Below, in pieces: positions 1-7,597 of a stretch of DNA of 32,000 nt. How positions within the stretch are numbered: the first letter of the stretch is position 1; the number at the start of each line of letters is the position of its first letter. Origin of the DNA: Phycisphaera mikurensis NBRC 102666 (GTDB lineage Bacteria > Planctomycetota > Phycisphaerae > Phycisphaerales > Phycisphaeraceae); NCBI RefSeq assembly GCF_000284115.1, contig NC_017080.1, forward strand, positions 3,690,001-3,722,000, given 5' to 3'. The notes beneath the pieces were generated by a model. That model was not told where the DNA came from. It saw nothing but the letters and a program-made list of their open reading frames with translations, and ran no database searches. The position numbers were made by a program, and so were the translations under genes.

Positions 1-952
1 CGAAGCGGCTCCACGAGCCCTCGGCGAAGAGGTCCTCACCGGTGACGCCGGCCTCGTCCATCGCGGGCTCCTCGCGCTCGACGCGGACGAAGTCGTAGAG
101 GTCCTCGACGGCGTCGCGGCTGCGGGCCTCCAGCGCGCGGACGCCGTCGGCGTAGCGCCGCATCAGCTCGTCCTTGGCCGCGGCGGGGTCGCCGGTGGGC
201 GGGAGGCGCTTCTCGGCGGAGAAGCGCATCGCGGCGACCACGGCGCGGGCGATGACGCCGCAGGCGTCCTCCCGGCGTCCCGTCGCGTCGCGCTCGAGCA
301 CCTCCACGGCCCGGTCCAGCGGCGCCCGCCAGGCCTCCCGCATCTGGCCGAAGGCCCGGAGCAGGTCCAGCCGCTTCGCGTGGTCGGCGGTGAGCGGGTC
401 GAAGACGCGCACGATGCGGAAGTACTGGCCGAGGGCACGCTCCCAGGCTTCGGCGTGGGCGGCCTCGCCCCCCTGGGCCTCGGACAAGAACGGGTTGATC
501 AGGCCCAAGGAGGGGGCCCCCGTCCACCGCAGCACCTCCATCTCCGCCTCGTACTCCGGCCCGTAGGGCGCCGAGCCATCGACGACGTAGAGGATCCCCG
601 CCGGCTCGCCGCCACGCTCCCCCATCACCGCCCCGAGCAGCGCGTGCTCGTCGGGGTACCGGCCCGCCGTGGCCGGATCGCCGAGGAAGGCCCGCACGGC
701 GGCGGGCCGCTCCTCGGCGTTCTCCGCCCGGGCTTGGAGGTCCTCGAGCACGCGGCGGCTGCGCTGGAACCCGGGGGTGTCCACCAGCTCGTAGAGCACC
801 TCGCCGTCGACCGACATCGGGTACGCGTCGGCCGCGGTGGTGGTGCCCGGCGTGGGCGACACCGCGACGCGGTCGTCGCGGGCGAGGGTCGCGACGATCG
901 AGGACTTGCCCTTGTTGGGGTGGCCGACGACGGCGAAGCGGGGGACGCTCAT
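1..952 (-). CDS. GTPase of the DUF3482 type (MMR_HSR1-like GTP-binding domain plus helical C-terminal region); the 3' end lies beyond the left window edge
   Basis: Absent from the ORF track because no stop falls inside the window. The reverse complement read from ATG (952..950) gives MSVPRFAVVGHPNKGKSSIVATLARDDRVAVSPTPGTT...YELVDTPGFQRS.... It has a P-loop GHPNKGKS and a G3 motif DTPG. The frame stays open to nt 2 with strongly G/C-ending codons. The family name is recalled from the architecture, not searched. Confidence 0.8.
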   Translation of the reverse strand, partial: MSVPRFAVVGHPNKGKSSIVATLARDDRVAVSPTPGTTTAADAYPMSVDGEVLYELVDTPGFQRSRRVLEDLQARAENAEERPAAVRAFLGDPATAGRYPDEHALLGAVMGERGGEPAGILYVVDGSAPYGPEYEAEMEVLRWTGAPSLGLINPFLSEAQGGEAAHAEAWERALGQYFRIVRVFDPLTADHAKRLDLLRAFGQMREAWRAPLDRAVEVLERDATGRREDACGVIARAVVAAMRFSAEKRLPPTGDPAAAKDELMRRYADGVRALEARSRDAVEDLYDFVRVEREEPAMDEAGVTGEDLFAEGSWSRF

Positions 953-1046
953 CGCGGCTCTGCCTTGGGATTTTGCGACGGGGGAAGCGGCACGCGGCGA
1001 GTGTGCGCTAGCCTCGGCGGTTCCGCAAAACCCCGGCCCCGACGAC

Positions 1047-1904
1047 ATGGCACCGCAGGAAGAGATCCAGAAGCTCAAGCAGGAACTCGCCGAGGCGGAG
1101 GCCGCCCGGGCCGAGGTGGAGGCCCGCGACGCGAAGCTCCAGCGGGAGGTCGGGCAGATCGCGCGGATCCACCAGGCGCTGCTGCCCGACCAGATGCCCG
1201 ACGTCGCGGGCGTGCGGCTGGCGGTGCGGCACGCGGCGCCCAACCGGGCCGGCGGCGACTACTACGACGTCATCCCGCTCCAACGCGACGAGGCGCTCTC
1301 GGCCGAGGCCTCCGACCCCTGGCTGCTGATCATCGCCGACGCCTCGGGGCACGGGCCCGCCGCCGCGGTCATCATGGCGATGATCCAGGCGGTGCTGCAC
1401 GGGTACCGCGGCGACGCGCGGGGCCCGGGCCCGGTGATGAGCTTCGTGAACGCGGAGATGGTGAAGAAAGCCGTCCCCGGCTCCTTCACCACCGCCGTGC
1501 TCGGGCTGCTGGACCCGCGGAAGAGCACCTTCAGCTACGCGATCGCCGGGCACCACCCGCCGCTGCTGCGGCGCGAAGGGGAGCCGGTTGTCGAGCTGCC
1601 CTCCGAGGAGGCGGGCCTCCCGCTGGGCGTGGCCGAGGACGAGGGCGCCGGCCGGCACGAGATCCACCCGCTGCGGCCCGGCGACGCCGTGCTGCTCTAC
1701 ACCGACGGAGCGATCGAGACGCGCAACCCCGCGGGCGAGCAGTTCGGGCTCGGGCGTCTCAAGGCGGCGCTGGAAGCCGCCGCCGGCACACCCGATCAGC
1801 AGCTCGACGCGGTGGTGGGCGCGATCGACGCGCACCGGGCGGGCGGGCCGATGGAGGACGACCGCACGCTGCTGATGTTCCAGGCGGAGGCCACGGAGCC
1901 GTAG
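1047..1904 (+). CDS. PP2C-family (SpoIIE/RsbU-like) serine phosphatase with N-terminal coiled coil
   Basis: Track ORF 837..1904. I prefer the internal ATG at 1047 (MAPQEEIQKLKQELAEAEAARAEVEARD...) because the upstream 70 codons overlap the divergent GTPase start. SpoIIE-type motifs are present: GGDYYDV, IIADASGHG, LLYTDGAIE, EDDRTLLM. Confidence 0.85.
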   Translation: MAPQEEIQKLKQELAEAEAARAEVEARDAKLQREVGQIARIHQALLPDQMPDVAGVRLAVRHAAPNRAGGDYYDVIPLQRDEALSAEASDPWLLIIADASGHGPAAAVIMAMIQAVLHGYRGDARGPGPVMSFVNAEMVKKAVPGSFTTAVLGLLDPRKSTFSYAIAGHHPPLLRREGEPVVELPSEEAGLPLGVAEDEGAGRHEIHPLRPGDAVLLYTDGAIETRNPAGEQFGLGRLKAALEAAAGTPDQQLDAVVGAIDAHRAGGPMEDDRTLLMFQAEATEP

Positions 1905-1928
1905 GCCGGGGCGGTGGCCCCGGCCTAC
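1901..1928. terminator. Perfect 12-bp stem / 4-nt loop hairpin shared by convergent genes, with both stop codons inside the stem arms
   Basis: gtaggccggggc-ggtg-gccccggcctac. The TAG of the + gene is at 1902..1904. The complement of the minus-gene stop (cta) is at 1925..1927. Confidence 0.6.
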
Positions 1929-3346
1929 GGGAGGTCGGCGGGCGCGGGCGGGTCCAGGCGGGTCCAGGGGTCGCCGGCGGCGGCGAGGCGGCCGGCCCAG
2001 ACGGCGACGTCTTCGGTGTCGCCGGCCACGCCGCGGATGCGTGGCGTAACCCGCACCGGGCGGCCGCGGCCCAGGGCGGCGCGCAGGTCGGCGAGGAAGT
2101 CGGTGAACTCGAGCACCGGCGGCTCCCACGCCTTCACGTCGACGCGGACCGCGGCGGCCGGACCCGCGGAGGCGGCGCGGTCCGCGGCCGTGGCGACGGC
2201 GGCGCGGTCCTCCGCAAGGGAGCGGCGGCCGCCCACGGGCAGGGCGCCGGCGGGCGCCGGCGCCTCGGCCCAGGAGAGCGTCACGGCGGCCTCCGCGGCC
2301 GGCGCCTCGGGCCCCGCGGGCTCGGCGGCCGCCGGCGGCGGCAGCGCCTCCCCCGGCGCCGCCTCCGCCCGCGTCTGCACCCGCGGCTCGCGCAGCCGGC
2401 GGATGACCGCGTCGGCACCCGGCCACGTCTGCGCCGCCGCGGCCACCGCGGCGCGCCGCCGCCCGAGCGCGACGCCGCCGAGCACCAGCCGCGGGGCGAG
2501 GCCGTACGCGGCCTGCACCGCGAGCAGCCACGGCCACCACGCGGTGAACAGCTCCGGGTCGACCACGCCCCGGAACGCGGCGGCCCGGTACGTGCGGGTC
2601 GCCTCCACCGTCGCGGGCCCGGGGCACAGGCCCGGGGCGAACCAGACGGCGGCCTCGGCCACCGCGTGCAGCCTCGCGGGGTCCAGGTCCAGCGTGCTCC
2701 CCCAGCCGAAGGCGAGGTCACGCGTGGCGATGAGCAGAGCGGCGGTCGCGAGGCCCGCGCCGGCGTAGCCGAGCCCGAACACCTGCGAGAGCGTGAGCGC
2801 CCACCAGCGCAGCGTCGGTCCCAGCAGCACCCGCTCGCTCGCGAGGCCGTGCAGCGGCCGCGTGAGGACCTCGCGCCACAGCGTCGGCAGCCACGGCACG
2901 CGGGCGGCGAGGCCCACCAGCCAGCGCCCGGGCGTGAGCGGCGAGGGCTCCGCCTCCGCCGGGCCGCCGCGCCGCGTCGGCCAGGCCATGGCGACGGCCG
3001 ACAGCACCGAGAAGCCCAGCGGAAGCACCGCCAGCGCGAGCGTCGCGACGAGCACGTTCACCGGCCGGCTGCCGTCGTACGCGAGCGCCGCGGACGCGAC
3101 GCCCACGCCCAGCAGCACCCCGGCCCCGCCCGCCCCCCAGGCCGCGGTCCGCGTGAGCGACAGCGCCTGCGCCCGCGCCTCGCCGCGGTCGACCCGGCGG
3201 ATCCAGGCGAGCAGGTCGGCCGGCGCCTCCGGCGCGGCCGCCGGCCGGTCCCGCTCCAGCAGCTCCCGCCGCGAGCGGTCCGCGTCGCGACGGTCCTGGA
3301 TCGCCAGCGCGAGCAGGTCGGGGAGGTGGAAGCGGGGGGAGCCCAT
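1925..3346 (-). CDS. Polytopic membrane protein, possibly DUF2868 family (the usual genomic partner of DUF3482 GTPases)
   Basis: Track ORF, 473 aa. Hydrophobic segments include AAWGAGGAGVLLGVGVASAALAY, VLVATLALAVLPLGFSVLSAVAMAW, WWALTLSQVFGLGYAGAGLATAALLIA and WWPWLLAVQAAYGLAPRLVLGGVAL. Third codon positions are G/C-rich. The family assignment is inferred from size, topology and proximity to the GTPase. Confidence 0.7.
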   Translation of the reverse strand: MGSPRFHLPDLLALAIQDRRDADRSRRELLERDRPAAAPEAPADLLAWIRRVDRGEARAQALSLTRTAAWGAGGAGVLLGVGVASAALAYDGSRPVNVLVATLALAVLPLGFSVLSAVAMAWPTRRGGPAEAEPSPLTPGRWLVGLAARVPWLPTLWREVLTRPLHGLASERVLLGPTLRWWALTLSQVFGLGYAGAGLATAALLIATRDLAFGWGSTLDLDPARLHAVAEAAVWFAPGLCPGPATVEATRTYRAAAFRGVVDPELFTAWWPWLLAVQAAYGLAPRLVLGGVALGRRRAAVAAAAQTWPGADAVIRRLREPRVQTRAEAAPGEALPPPAAAEPAGPEAPAAEAAVTLSWAEAPAPAGALPVGGRRSLAEDRAAVATAADRAASAGPAAAVRVDVKAWEPPVLEFTDFLADLRAALGRGRPVRVTPRIRGVAGDTEDVAVWAGRLAAAGDPWTRLDPPAPADLP

Positions 3347-3375
3347 GGGGGACGCGAAGGTAGTTGGGGGGGGGG

Positions 3376-3560
3376 GAGACGGAGCGACGTCTGAGAGGGT
3401 GCCCTGCGCTGGGGCTGCATGGACCGCGAACGTCTGCGCCGCGGGTCGGGCGGGGGTTGGGTGAGAGACGGAGCGACGCTTGGGGGGGTTTCGTGCGGAG
3501 GGGCTGCATGGACCGCGAAGGTCTGTGCGGCGGGTCGGGCGGGGGGTGGGTGAGAGACGA
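3376..3560. repeat. Tandem direct repeat, ~89-bp unit, two copies plus a partial third
   Basis: gagacggagcgacg recurs at 3376 and 3465, with a partial copy at 3553. ggggctgcatggaccgcgaa recurs at 3411 and 3500, giving a period of 89. The repeat lies in the divergent intergenic region between the genes starting at 3346 (-) and 3682 (+). Confidence 0.85.
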
Positions 3561-3667
3561 AGTCAGCAAGAGAGAAAGAAAGGGAGAGAGAGAGAGAGAG
3601 AGAGGCGGTCGGCGCAGCCGCCGCCTTTGTCTGTCTTCGTCTCTTCGTCTCTTCGCTTCCCCCCCCA
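3553..3667. repeat. Polypurine tract with a (GA)n microsatellite (3584..3604), followed by a polypyrimidine tract (3624..3667)
   Basis: The purine tract reads gagagacgaagtcagcaagagagaaagaaagggagagagagagagagagagagagg. After a short GC-rich spacer comes cctttgtctgtcttcgtctcttcgtctcttcgcttcccccccc. The cttcgtctctt motif appears twice and is near-complementary to gagagacgaag. Confidence 0.8.
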
Positions 3668-3681
3668 CTACCTTCCGGCTC

Positions 3682-4158
3682 ATGGACCTGCCCTCCTCCG
3701 GACAGCTCGCCGAGCGGCTCATGCGCGAGCACGGGCTGCTGCCCGGGGCGGGGCAACCCAGGACCCGCAAGCACTGGACGTTCGGGTTCAACAACCGCAA
3801 GCGTTGCCTCGGGCTGTGCCGCTTCGACGCGAAGCGGATCGAGCTTTCCGCGGCGTTCGTGCAGCGGAACGACGAGCCCGCCGTCCGCGACACCGTGCTC
3901 CACGAGATCGCCCACGCGCTCGCCGGCGCCCGTGCCGGCCACGGCCAAGCCTGGAGAGACGCGTGCGTCCGCGTCGGCGCCAAGCCCGAGCGCCTCGACC
4001 GCGAGGCCGACATGCCCGAAGGCCGCTGGCGGGCCGTCTGCCCCGGTTGCGGCCAGGTTCACACGCGTCACCGCCGGCCGGCCCGCGGGGCCAGGTACCA
4101 CTGCCGCGCGTGCGGGGCGGCCCGGGGCCCGCTGGTGTTCGCGGCGGGAGCCCCGTAG
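3682..4158 (+). CDS. SprT-like zinc metalloprotease domain protein with C-terminal zinc ribbon
   Basis: Internal ATG of track ORF 3364..4158; the upstream part covers the repeat region. Sequence starts MDLPSSGQLAERLMREHGLL.... It has an HExxH motif (VLHEIAHAL) and CPGCG...YHCRACG. Confidence 0.8.
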   Translation: MDLPSSGQLAERLMREHGLLPGAGQPRTRKHWTFGFNNRKRCLGLCRFDAKRIELSAAFVQRNDEPAVRDTVLHEIAHALAGARAGHGQAWRDACVRVGAKPERLDREADMPEGRWRAVCPGCGQVHTRHRRPARGARYHCRACGAARGPLVFAAGAP

Positions 4159-4182
4159 GGCGGGTCGGCGAACCGCCCTACG
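4154..4182. terminator. Perfect 10-bp stem / 9-nt loop hairpin between convergent genes, again with both stop codons in the arms
   Basis: cgtagggcgg-gtcggcgaa-ccgccctacg. TAG of the SprT-like gene is at 4156..4158. The complement of the reductase stop is at 4178..4180. Confidence 0.55.
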
Positions 4183-5269
4183 CGTCCGCCGCCAGCGCCG
4201 GCTCGACGTAGCCGGCCCGCAGCGAGCCGCCCTCGGCCACGCTGCTCTTGAAGTCGCAGGGGTGCGCCGCCTCGCCGAGGCCGAAGTCGTCGAGGTAGAG
4301 CGCCCGCAGCTCCGCGAGCGTCTCGGCTTCGAGCGGCACGCCGTCGCAGGCGTGCGCGAAGTCGTCGAGGTCGCGGTCGCTGAGCAGATTTGGCTCGATC
4401 GTCACCAGGCCCGGCTGGCTCGCCAGCCACCGCGTCGACAGCTCCCGGAGGCTCATCCCCAGCGGCCCGCCGAAGCGCTCGCGGAGGATCTGGTTCTTCT
4501 TGAGCCCCTGCACCAGCCACGCGCGGTCGCGGTACTTGCGGTGGTCGTGCGGGGCGAACTTGTGGTCCGCCGAGGCGAACTCTTCGTCGAGGATGCCCGA
4601 GTTGGTCGGCACCCGCGCGATCACGCCGCCGCGGCCCAGCCCCGTCGCCGCCTCGCACAGCTCCAGCCCCAGGTCCTGCTCGTAGAGGTTGAAGACCGTC
4701 TGCACCGTGTCCGCCCCGCGGGCGACCAGCGCCTCCTGCCCCTCCTCGCGCCAGCCGATCGCCGGCCCGAGGGCCACGCCCCAGGCCCGGATCTTGCCCT
4801 CGTCCTTCAGCGCCTCCAGCGTCGCGAAGAGGTCGTCCGCGTACGCGTCGAGCTTCACGTTGTGGGCCTGGTACAGGTCGATCCGGTCGGTGCCGAGGCG
4901 CCCCAGCGAGCCCTCGACCTCGCCGCGGACGTCCTTCGGCGTCCAGTGCTGCTCCCGCTCGCGGTGCTTGCCCTCCTCGCGGTCCTGCTCGATTTTCGCG
5001 GTCGCGAAGGGGTAGCCGAACTTCGTGGAGATCACGAGCCGGTCGCGGCCGACGTCGGCGATCGTCCGCCCGAGCAGGTTCTCGGCGCGGCCCTTCCCGT
5101 AGGCGGGGGCGGTATCGAAGAAGGTGACGCCGAGGTCGACGGCGCGGTTCTGGAGGCGGACGGCTTCGGTGTCGGAGAAGTCGCCCCACCAGTTGTTCCC
5201 GAACACGAAGTTCCCGAAGCCCAGGAGCGAGACTTCGAGATCGGTGCCGGGGATCCTGCGGTGCTGCAT
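4178..5269 (-). CDS. Aldo/keto reductase family oxidoreductase
   Basis: Track ORF, 363 aa: MQHRRIPGTDLEVSLLGFGNFVFG...VTFFDTAPAYGKGRAENLLGR...LVISTKFGY. This is a typical AKR N-terminal signature (DTAxxYG). Confidence 0.9.
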   Translation of the reverse strand: MQHRRIPGTDLEVSLLGFGNFVFGNNWWGDFSDTEAVRLQNRAVDLGVTFFDTAPAYGKGRAENLLGRTIADVGRDRLVISTKFGYPFATAKIEQDREEGKHREREQHWTPKDVRGEVEGSLGRLGTDRIDLYQAHNVKLDAYADDLFATLEALKDEGKIRAWGVALGPAIGWREEGQEALVARGADTVQTVFNLYEQDLGLELCEAATGLGRGGVIARVPTNSGILDEEFASADHKFAPHDHRKYRDRAWLVQGLKKNQILRERFGGPLGMSLRELSTRWLASQPGLVTIEPNLLSDRDLDDFAHACDGVPLEAETLAELRALYLDDFGLGEAAHPCDFKSSVAEGGSLRAGYVEPALAADA

Positions 5270-5385
5270 GCCGCGACGTTACGGCCGCTCTCGCGCCGTC
5301 CGCCTGCGGCGACGGCACACCGAGGAAGCCCGCTTCAGCCTCGAAGGCGCGGGCCTTCGGTCGCCTGCGGCGACCGCCCGCGGAT

Positions 5386-5431
5386 CCGCGGACCGCCGGC
5401 CGGAACCCGCCGAAGCGCCGGCGGTCCGCGG
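5386..5431. terminator. Strong hairpin (15-bp perfect stem, 16-nt loop) just 3' of the methyltransferase stop; shares the CCGCGGACCG palindromic core family
   Basis: ccgcggaccgccggc (5386..5400), loop 5401..5416, gccggcggtccgcgg (5417..5431). It lies between two same-strand (-) genes and has no U-tract. Confidence 0.5.
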
Positions 5432-5433
5432 GT

Positions 5434-6360
5434 TCACGCCCCGCCGTGCCGGGCGATGCGTTCCAGCGCCTTCTCCCGGTAGTCGGGGCTCAGCTCGCAG
5501 CCCAGCCACCTCCGGCCGAGCCGGTTGGCCACCGCCAGCGTGGTCCCGCTGCCCGCGAACGGGTCCAACACGAGGTCGCCCGGGTTCGAGCTGGCCGAGA
5601 CGATCCGTTGCAGCAGCGCCTCGGGCAGCTGGCAGGGGTGCCAGGCCTCCCGTTCCTTGAAGCTGCCGCACAGCCGCGACTGGAACCACGTGTCCGAGTC
5701 CTCGGCGAAGGCCCCGTCCTGCTCCTGGGCCGGCTGCGGCCGCGTGTGCCACGCCTCGGCGTGGGCGAAGCTCACGCCCGAACCTTTCAGCACCCAGGTG
5801 TCGTCGGGCAGCTTGCCCTTGGGGTTCGTCCGCGCGTCGTTGTACGTCGTCATGCGGGCCGATGGCACCGCCACCTGATCGTAGTGGAAGGTGAACGGCG
5901 GGTTCCGCACCAGGTCCGCCCGCGGCTTGCCGGTCCTGGGGTTGAGCGCCGCCGAGCCCACGCAGTAGAAGAGGTGGGCGTGGCTGCGGTTGAACTTCGC
6001 CTTGCAGCGCTGGCCGAAGCTGTAGTGCCAGACGATCCAGTTGCGGAACAGCAGCTTGCCCGCGCGTTCGAGCTTCTTGAGATGGACGCGGGTCTCCGCC
6101 GCGTACTCGTCGCCGATGAGGATGTACATCGACCCCGACGGCGCCAGCGCCCGCGTGCAGGCGTCGATCCAGTCGCAGGTCCAGCCGAGGTACTGCTCGT
6201 CGGTCTTGTCGTCCTCGTAGTGGCCGTCGTAGCCGAAGCCGATGTTGTAAGGCGGGTCGGCGAACACGAGGTCCACGCAGCCCTCGGGCAGCGCGTTCAC
6301 GGCCTCGATGCAGTCGCCCAACAGGATCGTGTTCTCCGGCGGCGTCGCGGTCTCGGGCAT
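5434..6360 (-). CDS. Beta-class N6-adenine/N4-cytosine DNA methyltransferase (N6_N4_Mtase type); no cognate endonuclease seen
   Basis: Internal ATG at 6360 of track ORF 5434..7293: MPETATPPENTILLGDCIEAVNALPEGCVDLVFADPPYNIGF.... Motif IV (DPPY) is N-terminal and motif I (LDPFAGSGTT) is C-terminal. The upstream 311 codons of the track ORF are antisense to an S8 fragment and to repeats. Confidence 0.85.
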   Translation of the reverse strand: MPETATPPENTILLGDCIEAVNALPEGCVDLVFADPPYNIGFGYDGHYEDDKTDEQYLGWTCDWIDACTRALAPSGSMYILIGDEYAAETRVHLKKLERAGKLLFRNWIVWHYSFGQRCKAKFNRSHAHLFYCVGSAALNPRTGKPRADLVRNPPFTFHYDQVAVPSARMTTYNDARTNPKGKLPDDTWVLKGSGVSFAHAEAWHTRPQPAQEQDGAFAEDSDTWFQSRLCGSFKEREAWHPCQLPEALLQRIVSASSNPGDLVLDPFAGSGTTLAVANRLGRRWLGCELSPDYREKALERIARHGGA

Positions 6361-6744
6361 CCGCGGAGCGTAAAGAAGCCGCCGCCTCCCGCCGCCCCCC
6401 CGGTCCGCCCACGCCGCCGCGGCGTTCCGATCGCCCGCCGTCGAAGAAACGCAAGAGGAAGGGAGCGACACGGACGCTTCAGGAGCCTCCCCATTCGCGG
6501 GCGGAGCGCTGCGACGGCAGGTTGAGCCTCGGCCCGCGGTGTCATGCGGTCGGGCTTGCGTACGGTCGCCGCAACGGCAAAACGAAGAGGAGAACGTCTT
6601 GAAGATCGTCCCTTGTCCCGCCTCGGTCGGCTCCCAGAACGCGTGGCAGCCTCGGATCTGCCGGCGGATTGCGAACACGCCGCAACCCGCCGCCGGTCGT
6701 GCGGTGCTGGCCGCCGCATCGGCAGCAGCGATCCGCTGCACCGC

Positions 6745-7137
6745 GGGGTGGCACCGGACGTCCGCTCCCTCAACGGGCGCGGGCTCGACGAGCACAACGC
6801 CTTCTACAACGGCAACGAGATCGTGAAGGCCACCGGCTTCACGGTGGACCTTGGCGCCGACGTGCTGAATCTCAGCCTCGGCTACGGCAACTCCAGCTCC
6901 GACGCCTCCAGCCTGCTCTCGCGGAACGCGGTCGCGATCACGTGGGAGCGCGGCATCCCGGTGGTGGCTTCGGCGGGCAACAAAGGCCGCAACCGCCCGA
7001 GCGCCACCCCCAACTCTTCCTCCCAGGGCCCCGGCGACGCCTTCAACGCGTTCTCCGTTGCCGCCAGCGACGCGGACTTCGACCGGATCGCCGACTTCAG
7101 TTCCTGGAGCGAAACCCAGAGCGCCCCGCGGGCCTGA
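6745..7137 (+). pseudogene. Internal fragment of a subtilisin-like (S8) serine peptidase lacking in-frame Asp, His and Ser catalytic motifs
   Basis: Within track ORF 6544..7137: GVAPDVRSL...GADVLNLSLGYG...AITWERGIPVVASAGNKGRN...FSVAASDADFDRIADFSSWSE. This matches the central S8 core, including the oxyanion-Asn region (AGN). No D-T/S-G, HGTH or GTSMA motif is present. The fragment ends where a ~150-bp repeat begins. Confidence 0.6.
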
Positions 7138-7525
7138 CCCGATCGACGGCCTCCGGCTCGGCTCGGGGCCGCTCGCGGTCGGACGTCGCTCGGCCTCCCC
7201 CCCCCGGCGCAGCACCGGGGTCGGTCCAGACGCGCGTCCGCCCGCGTCGGCGGAAACGCGGTAAAAGCCTTGAAGCCCGCGTTCTCGCCGCACGGGGAGG
7301 AAGAGCGCGGAGCCTGTGCGACGTGCTCCACAGGTGGCTCATCGACTCCGTCGATGTCGATCGTCGGCCGAACGAAACCGCCCGAGCGCCCCGCGGGCCC
7401 GATCCGATCGACAGCCTCCGGCTCGGCTCCGGGCCGCTCGCGGCCGGACGTCGCTCGGCCTCCCCCACGGCGGAGCACCGGGGTCGGTCCAGAGGCCCGT
7501 CCGCCCGCGTCGGCGGAAATGCGGT
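7111..7525. repeat. Two ~150-bp direct repeat copies (7111..7262 and 7372..7525), about 90% identical by eye
   Basis: Both copies read gaaacc..agcgccccgcgggcc.ga.ccgatcgac.gcctccggctcggctc.gggccgctcgcgg.cggacgtcgctcggcctccccc...gcaccggggtcggtccaga..c.cgtccgcccgcgtcggcggaaa.gcggt. Confidence 0.8.
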
Positions 7526-7597
7526 GGCTCTCAGGGTGCCGAAGATCTCACGCGGCGCACACCCGGCGGTGACCCGGCGGGTTTAGCGTTCCGCGGG

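Noticed and set aside
380-3394. 1004-aa plus-strand ORF spanning the GTPase, phosphatase and membrane-protein region
   Set aside because: It is Arg/Gly/Pro/Ala-rich low complexity with no motifs. It overlaps three ORFs that do have clear family signatures. This is the typical off-frame open reading of high-GC DNA.
6361-7293. N-terminal 311-codon extension of the methyltransferase ORF (track ORF 5434..7293)
   Set aside because: The extension is antisense to the S8-like fragment and covers the 150-bp repeats. The methyltransferase fold begins right after the ATG at 6360 (ILLGDC...DPPY).
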